Positions 57,307 through 64,000 of a stretch of DNA of 64,000 bases are shown here, in pieces. The notes below the pieces were generated by a model, which was not told the origin of the DNA, searched no databases, and worked only from the letters and a program-made list of their open reading frames with translations. Every line of letters begins with the position of its first letter. The stretch's first letter is position 1. Source of the stretch: Verrucomicrobiota bacterium (lineage in GTDB: Bacteria; Verrucomicrobiota; Verrucomicrobiia; Limisphaerales; AAA164-E04); contig JAQWLM010000067.1 in NCBI GenBank assembly GCA_029247315.1, positions 465 through 64,464 of the forward strand, read 5' to 3'. A program made the position numbers and the translations under genes.

Positions 57307-58862
57307 TGACAACGATATCACAATCCCGAATTATCCCATTGGCGATCTGTCTGGCCCTCTGCACTCAGGTGACGCTTTTGATGGCACAAGATGCGACGAG
57401 CACGGAAGCGCAGGTCGAGGACCCCGTGAATGCCGATAAAGCCAAAGAGGGACTGAGGATGAACTTCAGGAATGTTCCACTGGCAATGGTGCTTGACTAT
57501 ATGAGTGAGGCGGCGGGATTTGCGATTATTGCCGAGACGGATGTTTCCGGCACGGTGAGTGTCTGGAACAATCAACCGCTCAACAAGGATGAGGCAGTGA
57601 GTCTTCTGGATTCTATCCTGATTGAGAAAGGTTATACTGCGGTCAGGGTGGGCAATACCCTCAAAATCATTGCCAAGGAAAATGCCAAATCCGAAAACCT
57701 GCCTGTGCGCTCAGGCAATGATCCCGAGGAAATCCCACAATCCGATCGCATGATCACCCAAATCATCCCCGTGCGCTACACGGGAGCCAGTGACCTGATC
57801 GAAAACCTGGAACCCTTGTTGCCAGAGGAGGCTTCCATGACGGCCAACCAAGGCAGCAACGCCATTGTGCTCACTGGCACGGAAAACAGTATTCGACGGG
57901 TGGCGGAAATTATCAGGGCTCTTGATACGAGCATTTCCGAGATCTCCCAACTTAAGGTGTTTGCTCTGCGCTATGCAGACTCCACGGAGTTGTCCAAGGT
58001 GATACAGGGTCTTTTTGAGTCGGGTGGAAGTTCCTCTTCAAGCAGTAGCCGGAGCAGTCGAGGGAGTAGCAGCTCAGGCATGGCCTCCTTTATTGAGCGG
58101 ATGCGCGCCATGCGGGAGGGGAGGGGAAGCAGCAGTAGCCGTGGAAGCAGCAGTAGCCGTGGAGGCAGCAGTAGCCGTGGAGGCAGCAGTAGCCGTGGAA
58201 GCAGTGATGCACTTAAAGCTGCCTCACGCGTTGTTGCCGTTGCAGATGAACGCACGAATTCGTTGATCGTCAGCGCCCCTGAAGAGTTGATGGAAACCAT
58301 AACTCAACTGGTTGCTGAAATTGATAGAAACATTGATGACATCACCGAGTTGCAGGTTTTCCCATTGAAATTTGCAGATGCCTATGAAATGGCCCAACTT
58401 CTGGAGGAGCTTTTTGATGACTCCCAGGAAGAGAACTCCAGGGGCGGATTCCGCTTTGGCGATTCACGTTCGAGCCGGAGCAGTAGTCGGAGCAGTAGCC
58501 GAGGTGGCAGCGATGAAAGCGCGCGCATGCAGGCCATAGCTCGTGTGGTCGCTGTTGCGGATCCACGTACCAATGCGGTGATTGTTTCCGCATCAGCCAA
58601 TCTGATGGTGCAGATTGGTAGAATGGTTGAAAAACTCGATTCGGATGAATCCAAGAAACAGAATGTCTACGTCTATTCGCTGGATAATGCGGATGTGGAT
58701 AACGTGGCTACCATCCTGAGGGGTATGTTCGAGTCGCAGTCAAATTTGAATAATCGCAACAACGCTTCCCGTAGCGGTAACAACAGCAATAACCCGCTCA
58801 ATAACCGAAGTGTCAACCAGTCGAATTTCAGCATTGGTGGTACCTCCACAGGGAATCGATAG
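57303..58862 (+). CDS. Secretin N-terminal module only: signal peptide, N0/STN-like domain, 3.5 Secretin_N repeats with Ser/Arg/Gly-rich inserts; no pore domain
   Basis: N0: LRMNFRNVPLAMVLDYMSEAAGFAII..GTVSVW... Repeats: IIPVRYTGASDL..NAIVLTGTE.., LKVFALRYADSTEL..RVVAVADERTNSLIVSAPEE.., and LQVFPLKFADAYEM..RVVAVADPRTNAVIVSASAN... Ends after VYVYSLDNADVDNVATILRGMFES plus an Asn-rich tail. Confidence 0.85.
   Translation: MMTTISQSRIIPLAICLALCTQVTLLMAQDATSTEAQVEDPVNADKAKEGLRMNFRNVPLAMVLDYMSEAAGFAIIAETDVSGTVSVWNNQPLNKDEAVSLLDSILIEKGYTAVRVGNTLKIIAKENAKSENLPVRSGNDPEEIPQSDRMITQIIPVRYTGASDLIENLEPLLPEEASMTANQGSNAIVLTGTENSIRRVAEIIRALDTSISEISQLKVFALRYADSTELSKVIQGLFESGGSSSSSSSRSSRGSSSSGMASFIERMRAMREGRGSSSSRGSSSSRGGSSSRGGSSSRGSSDALKAASRVVAVADERTNSLIVSAPEELMETITQLVAEIDRNIDDITELQVFPLKFADAYEMAQLLEELFDDSQEENSRGGFRFGDSRSSRSSSRSSSRGGSDESARMQAIARVVAVADPRTNAVIVSASANLMVQIGRMVEKLDSDESKKQNVYVYSLDNADVDNVATILRGMFESQSNLNNRNNASRSGNNSNNPLNNRSVNQSNFSIGGTSTGNR
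58125..58205 (+). repeat. 18-bp in-frame tandem repeat (about 4.5 copies) encoding (G-S/G-S-S-S-R)n
   Basis: ggaagcagcagtagccgt x2, ggaggcagcagtagccgt x2, then ggaagcagt, read directly. The frame was checked against ORF 57303. Confidence 0.9.
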
Positions 58863-58960
58863 ATTTACAGTGGTCGCTTCAGCATGTGAGAATGAATGGA
58901 GGAATGAGGATGAATGATTTCAAGGGTCAATGGATAAAGGGTAAACACAGGTTTTTGGGT

Positions 58961-60106
58961 ATGGCTGGATTGGACAGGATTAGTCACTTTTTTGTGGTGA
59001 TACTCCTTTTGCATGCCATGGATTCAGCCAGCTTGTCAGCTCAGTCAGCCCGTGGAGGTGGTTTGGGCATGACAGGGCAAAGTACCCGGCAATATCTAAA
59101 TAACACGCAGGTCGGTGATGCCTTGATTGAGGTGGATCCAGAGACACGCTCGGTCATTGTGATTACAGATGATGAGACCAATCTTCAGATTGAGAAAGTG
59201 CTCAAGACCCTGGATCGTCCCAAACCCCAGGTATTGATCAAGGTGGTCTTTATGGAGGTTACCCACCGGGATGATCTCGACGTGGGAGTCGATGGAAGTC
59301 TGTCCTTCACTTCGGGTTCTGCCACTAATATTGTTCAGTCTGTTTTTGGATCCGGATCTCAGGGGCAGGGGGGTGTTTACCAACTGCTCGAGAGTGATTT
59401 CAGCGTCACCCTCAAGGCCATTGCTGAAGCTGGAAAACTGGAGGTTCTCTCCAGACCCTCCATCCTTGCTCGTAACAATCAAGAGGCCATTATCACCGTG
59501 GGACAGACCGTGCCTTTCATTGACAACGTAAATTTTCTGCAGGGAGGCCAGCAGGTTAATACTGTGGAATACCGGGATATCGGCATTATTCTCAGGGTAA
59601 CGCCATTCATTACTCAGGATGGCATGGTTGAAATGATCGTTGGTCCCGAGATTTCAACCATCACCGACGAGACCGTGACGATCTCCGATGGTGTCGAGGC
59701 ACCGGTCTTTGCCAAGCGTGCTGCGGAGACGGTAGTGGTGACGCCGCACGGCAAGACGGTCATCATTGGTGGTTTAATGGAGAAGAACAAGATTGAAAGC
59801 AAACGCAAGGTTCCCATTCTGGGGGATATTCCCCTGCTTGGTTGGGCCTTTCGACGGACCATCAAGGAAGATACCAAAACCGAGCTCCTCATTTTCCTGA
59901 CCCCGTACATTGTGCAGGATCCTCGGCAATTGGGAGAATTGACCACACTTGAATCACGCAATGCTGAACTTCCCAGCAAGGCCTTTACCGAGGCGGAACT
60001 GCAGCAATTCATTGGCGATGTCGAGGGCTTGAAGAAGGAAGAGGACAAGATCACGGATTCGAAAACGAAAAACGAGCGCAAAGGCTTTTTTCGGCGTCGG
60101 CGTTGA
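58961..60106 (+). CDS. gspD: Secretin pore module: own signal peptide, C-terminal half of a Secretin_N repeat, secretin domain
   Basis: Signal MAGLDRISHFFVVILLLHAMDSASLSAQS. Then ALIEVDPETRSVIVITDDETNLQIEKVLKTLD, QVLIKVVFMEVT.., ..VLSRPSILARNNQEAIITVGQTVPF.., and ..KVPILGDIPLLGWAFR..ELLIFLTPYIV. The ORF opens with GTG at 58886; the ATG at 58961 is preferred. Confidence 0.88.
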   Translation: MAGLDRISHFFVVILLLHAMDSASLSAQSARGGGLGMTGQSTRQYLNNTQVGDALIEVDPETRSVIVITDDETNLQIEKVLKTLDRPKPQVLIKVVFMEVTHRDDLDVGVDGSLSFTSGSATNIVQSVFGSGSQGQGGVYQLLESDFSVTLKAIAEAGKLEVLSRPSILARNNQEAIITVGQTVPFIDNVNFLQGGQQVNTVEYRDIGIILRVTPFITQDGMVEMIVGPEISTITDETVTISDGVEAPVFAKRAAETVVVTPHGKTVIIGGLMEKNKIESKRKVPILGDIPLLGWAFRRTIKEDTKTELLIFLTPYIVQDPRQLGELTTLESRNAELPSKAFTEAELQQFIGDVEGLKKEEDKITDSKTKNERKGFFRRRR

Positions 60107-60214
60107 GTGGTCTTAGTTACATAAGGGCGATCCCGTAAAGCGCATGCACTGTATAAACGGGATTTTCCGTCCGTTCTTCCATTAAAGTATTCCGGAATCA
60201 CCGAGGATAAAACA

Positions 60215-61246
60215 ATGCTTACTGCTGTCTTAAAGGAAAAAAATCGACTTGAGCTTGAGGATGTTGCGATCCCCGAGCCTAAACCAGACGAGGTGCTTGT
60301 GCGTGTCAGGGCCTGCGGCTTTTGTGCCACGGATTACAAAGCTATTCGAGGGCTTCGTAGCAACGTGCAATTTCCCCTGGTTCCGGGACATGAACCGAGT
60401 GGCGTGGTGGCGGCGATAGGGTCTGCTGTCCAACATCTCAAGGAAGGGGATGCTGTCATTATTCAGCCCAGTGGATTTTGCGGGCATTGCGATGACTGCA
60501 GGGTTGGAAAGACACACTATTGCGTGCACGCCTATACCACGGGAGGAGATGGTCCAGAGGATGTGCGTCCTGGAAGTTTTGCTGAGTATGTCGTGACGGG
60601 TGCCAATACCGTGCTTCACAAGCCCAGGAATCTTTCATTCCAGGCTGCCTGTCAGACGGAACCCCTGAGTGGAGCCTGGAAGGGTGTTATACAGATGTCT
60701 GAAATGAAAGTAGGGGATGATGTCGTGGTGATCGGTACGGGTTCCATTGGCATGTACTGCCTCATGGTTGCCAAGGCCGCAGGTGCAGGTCGCTTGATTG
60801 CCATCGATGTGAGTGACTACGCGCTTGAGACCGCTGGCAAACTGGGTGCAACGCACTTGGTGAATCCAGGAAAGGAGGATGCGCTGCAGCGCTTGAAGCA
60901 AATTCTTCCCAAAGGTCCGGACCTGGTGGTTGAAGCTGCCGGACCAATCGAGGCCGTTAGACTCATGGTAAAATTGTTGCGTCGAGGAACCCGGTGGAAT
61001 ATTTTCGGCATCACGACACATGATACCTTTGAACTCGACGGTGGCTTGATGCACTTTCTTGAAGCGCGTATGGATGCCAGTTTTGGCACGAATCCGACTG
61101 CCATGCAACAGGCCCTGCGCTTGATGGAGCGCGGCCTCGTCGATCCCGAACAAGTGATTTCGCATCGTATTGCGTTAAGCGATATCCATCAGGCTGTGGA
61201 TATCATGGGAACCCCCAAAAGGCATAAGATCATCATTGAACCCTGA
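60215..61246 (+). CDS. Zinc-dependent medium-chain alcohol/polyol dehydrogenase family protein
   Basis: Motifs ..CGFCATDYK..PGHEPSGVVAAIG.., the structural Zn site CGHCDDCRVGKTHYC, and the Rossmann motif VIGTGSIG. Confidence 0.85.
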   Translation: MLTAVLKEKNRLELEDVAIPEPKPDEVLVRVRACGFCATDYKAIRGLRSNVQFPLVPGHEPSGVVAAIGSAVQHLKEGDAVIIQPSGFCGHCDDCRVGKTHYCVHAYTTGGDGPEDVRPGSFAEYVVTGANTVLHKPRNLSFQAACQTEPLSGAWKGVIQMSEMKVGDDVVVIGTGSIGMYCLMVAKAAGAGRLIAIDVSDYALETAGKLGATHLVNPGKEDALQRLKQILPKGPDLVVEAAGPIEAVRLMVKLLRRGTRWNIFGITTHDTFELDGGLMHFLEARMDASFGTNPTAMQQALRLMERGLVDPEQVISHRIALSDIHQAVDIMGTPKRHKIIIEP

Positions 61247-61257
61247 ACGATCATAGA

Positions 61258-62460
61258 ATGGACCATCTCTCCGGAATATCATCATCTAAGGATTGGATGC
61301 GCGGTATCCTTCAGTGGATATGCACCTTATTTGTTTTGTATGTCAGTGAAGCCCAGCCTCTGTCTTTTTCATCAAGTGGAAAGATCAGCGACGTTTCATT
61401 GAAACAGGAAGTTGCCCGGGCCATTGATCGAGGAAGTCAATGGTTGATGCAGCAGCAGCAGTCGGGAGGTTTTTGGTCTGATCAAGATCACCCGGCATTG
61501 ACCAGCCTTGCCCTGGTTGCACTTCAGCGGGATCCGGAGGAACACCATGCGGCGCTGAAGGAGCCTTTGCTGGCCAATGCTTATGCATATCTACGATCTT
61601 GCGCACAGGACAATGGCGGTATTTATCGCATCGAGATGCTTCAGAATTACAACACCTCGGTGTCCATACTCGCGCTGCTTGTGCGGTCGAATGAAGCGCA
61701 TGACGCATTGATTCGCAAGGCTCGCAGGTTTGTCATCAAGGGGCAGCAGGATTATGGCCAGCAGGGCCTTATCGACACCCCCATGGATGGGGGTATTGGA
61801 TATGGGTCGAGTTATACGCATTCGGATCTTTCCAACACCATGCATGCCCTCGAGGCACTCTACCATTCGCGCCATCTTGATCAGGATGTTCAACGGCCCG
61901 TCGGGCAGCTTGACTGGAAGGCTGCCCTTCATTTCATAGAGCAGTGTCAACAGGTGCCGGAAAGCAATCCAGCCAGTTGGGTTTCCTCGAAGACAAGTGA
62001 TCGAGGTGGTTTTGTTTATTTCCCGGGTAACAGTAAGGCTGGTGAGCATCCGGTTGAAAATGGCACTGTGGCATTGAGATCTTACGGAAGCATCAGCTAC
62101 GCAGGCATGCTCAGCTACATCTATGCGGACCTAGACGTAAGCGACAAACGGGTAGAAGCAGTTCTGGCCTGGCTGAATCGTAACTACACGCTTGAGGAGA
62201 ATCCGGGTATGGGGCTTCAGGGATTGTTGTTTTACTATCATACCATGGCGAAAGCTCTGACCCTCGCGGGTTTGGACACATTGGAAACGGATCAAGGAAA
62301 GTCGCACGACTGGAGGCGTGACCTGTCCGTGAAGCTCATGGATTTACAACAATCGGAAGGATCCTGGAAGAATGTCTCTGCTCGATGGTGGGAGGGAGAC
62401 CCTGTCCTGGCAACCAGTTATGCCCTGCTGACTCTGGAGATGGTTTATCCAGGATTGTAG
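61258..62460 (+). CDS. Secreted prenyltransferase/squalene-oxidase-repeat (alpha/alpha-toroid) protein
   Basis: Signal peptide, then repeated ..Q..GGFW../..DNGGIY../..GGFVYF../..QQSEGSW.. motifs spaced like terpenoid cyclase/prenyltransferase repeats. Confidence 0.65.
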   Translation: MDHLSGISSSKDWMRGILQWICTLFVLYVSEAQPLSFSSSGKISDVSLKQEVARAIDRGSQWLMQQQQSGGFWSDQDHPALTSLALVALQRDPEEHHAALKEPLLANAYAYLRSCAQDNGGIYRIEMLQNYNTSVSILALLVRSNEAHDALIRKARRFVIKGQQDYGQQGLIDTPMDGGIGYGSSYTHSDLSNTMHALEALYHSRHLDQDVQRPVGQLDWKAALHFIEQCQQVPESNPASWVSSKTSDRGGFVYFPGNSKAGEHPVENGTVALRSYGSISYAGMLSYIYADLDVSDKRVEAVLAWLNRNYTLEENPGMGLQGLLFYYHTMAKALTLAGLDTLETDQGKSHDWRRDLSVKLMDLQQSEGSWKNVSARWWEGDPVLATSYALLTLEMVYPGL

Positions 62461-62617
62461 GGGCACACCCTGCCACGGTTGAAGGAGGCTCAGCCTCCTT
62501 TGATCAGTCTTCCTGTCAGAATCAGGTGCTTTTTACTTTCCAGTCATCACTTGTGGGTTAGCTTGAGTGCGTCTGGCGTTGGCCTTGAGGTTTTCACGCA
62601 AGTCAGACAGGCAAGAT

Positions 62618-63784
62618 ATGGATAATGCATTAACAAAACGGGTGGTTGTCGGTATGAGTGGCGGAGTGGATTCTTCGGCTGCCGCGGCTGTTCTGCTCGA
62701 ACAGGGGTATGATGTGATTGGGATCACCCTGAAACTCTGGCCACAAGATTGTGTATCCCGTGCGGAAGACAAGTGCTGTGGCCCACAGGCAGTGATGGAT
62801 GCTCGGAGTGTTGCGAGCAAATTGGATATTCCTTATTACCTGGTCGATGAGGCTGAAGATTTTCAGCAGCAGGTTATCCAGTATTTTGCCGATGAATATA
62901 AAGCTGGTCGCACGCCAAATCCCTGTGTGATGTGCAACGAAAAGCTGAAATTCGGAACCTTGCTCCACCGTGCTCACCAGCTGGGTGCAGAACTCATCGC
63001 GACGGGTCATTACGCTCGTGTGCACCCCAGCGAGGATGGTACACGCATGTTGCTTAAGCGTGGGCTCGACCCTCGGAAAGACCAAAGCTACTTTCTTTTT
63101 TCACTGCGTCAGGACCTTTTGAGACATCTTCTTTTTCCCTTGGGCGAGTTAAGTAAAAGTGATAGCCGCCATGTTGCCCGCGAATGTTCCTTGCGCACCG
63201 CTGACAAGGAGGAAAGCATGGAAATTTGCTTTGTTCCCGACAACGACTACAAGGGGTTTTTGACCAAGGCCAATCTCGTGGAAACTCAGGAGGGTGATAT
63301 AGTCGATCAAGAGGGCAGGGTCCTAGGAAAACACGAGGGTGTGGCATTCTACACCGTAGGTCAGCGCAAGGGTCTGGGGATTACGTCCAGGGAACCTCTT
63401 TATGTGCTTGAACTGGATGCTCCCAATAACCGGGTTACCGTTGGCCCAGCTGACGCCCTTGAAAAACAAGCCTTTCTGATTGATCGTTGTAACTGGATCG
63501 CATTCGAAGATCTTACCTCACCAATTGAAGCTACCGTCAAGATTCGCTACAACCATGCTGGAGTCAAAGCCACCATTGTGCCGACCGATGACCATGCTGC
63601 ACGTGTTGAGCTCAAGATACCTCAAAGGGCGATTACCCCAGGACAGGCATGCGTTTTGTATCAGGACGACCTGGTTCTTGGAGGAGGATGGATACGAAAG
63701 GCTTTATCTCCTGCTGATACGGCATCTCAAGATGCTGAGCATGACGATCGGGCATCCCTGGATATCCAGCCTGTGTCTGTCTGA
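62618..63784 (+). CDS. mnmA: tRNA 2-thiouridine(34) synthase MnmA
   Basis: PP-loop VVVGMSGGVDSS, ..TPNPCVMCNEKLKFG.., ..IATGHYAR.., and ..DQSYFL... Internal ATG at 62618. About 30-aa acidic C-terminal tail. Confidence 0.93.
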   Translation: MDNALTKRVVVGMSGGVDSSAAAAVLLEQGYDVIGITLKLWPQDCVSRAEDKCCGPQAVMDARSVASKLDIPYYLVDEAEDFQQQVIQYFADEYKAGRTPNPCVMCNEKLKFGTLLHRAHQLGAELIATGHYARVHPSEDGTRMLLKRGLDPRKDQSYFLFSLRQDLLRHLLFPLGELSKSDSRHVARECSLRTADKEESMEICFVPDNDYKGFLTKANLVETQEGDIVDQEGRVLGKHEGVAFYTVGQRKGLGITSREPLYVLELDAPNNRVTVGPADALEKQAFLIDRCNWIAFEDLTSPIEATVKIRYNHAGVKATIVPTDDHAARVELKIPQRAITPGQACVLYQDDLVLGGGWIRKALSPADTASQDAEHDDRASLDIQPVSV

Positions 63785-64000
63785 GTAAGATGCGGTCCGT
63801 GCTGAGAGTCCCTTGTCTTTTTTCCTGATCGAATCCATATTTTGCACCTATCCGCTTGCATTTATGGACTACTTGAAGCACTTTTGACCACTAACGTGTA
63901 CCTGTAGCCCTTGCGTCCCTTGTTTAGATGTTGCAACTTATTTTCCACAAAATACTTAGAGATTATTTCAGGCACCATTCCGACAAGGGTTGGCTTTGTG

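Noticed and set aside
58805-58960. Possibility that the two secretin ORFs are one gene broken by a simple frameshift
   Set aside because: Not fully excluded, but disfavoured. The frame of the second ORF is open only from 58805. Any fusion would place a basic stretch, a 14-residue hydrophobic stretch and an ASLSA|QS motif (a textbook signal peptide) in the middle of a periplasmic loop. I kept it as a finding with a resequencing check.
60129-60166. Hairpin (gatcccgt..acgggatt) followed by TTT after the secretin gene, as the operon terminator
   Set aside because: The stem is only 7-8 bp, the loop is 20 nt and there are only three T residues. This is too weak to call an intrinsic terminator.
59614-60330. 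238-aa minus-strand ORF, plus similar antisense ORFs at 50926-51510, 48360-49001, 34594-35157, 24002-24682 and 22153-22731
   Set aside because: All of them overlap strongly supported genes on the opposite strand. All have low-complexity or Ser/Arg-rich translations.
1-64000. Scan for tRNA, rRNA, CRISPR arrays, IS elements, integrases and phage genes
   Set aside because: None was recognised by eye. The intergenic regions are short and none shows cloverleaf-like or spaced-repeat structure. This needs tRNAscan, Infernal and a CRISPR finder to be definitive.

Overview
This is a densely coding chromosomal segment with about 57 protein genes and short intergenic gaps. I saw no rRNA, tRNA, CRISPR array, transposase or integrase by eye. 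Several signature families point to the PVC superphylum, most likely Verrucomicrobiota (inference). These are a prepilin-type DUF1559 protein plus a decayed copy, a DUF1592-series/DUF1552 gene pair, a PVC-type heme-binding dehydrogenase, DUF1080 proteins, and sulfatase and phosphatase genes. Housekeeping content includes lgt-rluD, parB, recD2, a complete Fur-family-headed SUF operon (sufB-sufC-sufD-sufT-sufS, a rhodanese-like gene, iscU), proB-mazG, ridA-rmuC-tcdA, clpP, kpsF and mnmA. The most interesting region is 46966-60106, a translationally coupled type II secretion / type IV pilus-like locus. Its order is a Spy/CpxP-like gene, gspE, F, G, H, I, J, a zinc-ribbon membrane protein, gspK, a PilM-PilN-like fusion, a PilO/GspM-like gene, a GspC/PilP-like gene, then the secretin. 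The secretin is encoded as two separately secreted polypeptides. The break falls inside a Secretin_N repeat, at the loop that carries Ser/Arg/Gly low-complexity inserts (with an 18-bp tandem DNA repeat) in the neighbouring repeats. Other points worth a second look are listed here.
- A DUF1552 gene is interrupted by a single in-frame TGA.
- The rhodanese domain inside the suf operon has Asp in place of the catalytic Cys.
- A perfect 7-1-7 Fur/PerR-type box lies at the start of the Fur-family gene.
- One protein fuses an AAA-like ATPase to an FHA domain.
- An S8 protease carries an STN-like domain.
- Two secreted proteins have Gly/Arg-rich regions.
All family assignments come from motif recognition by eye and need HMM or BLAST confirmation.
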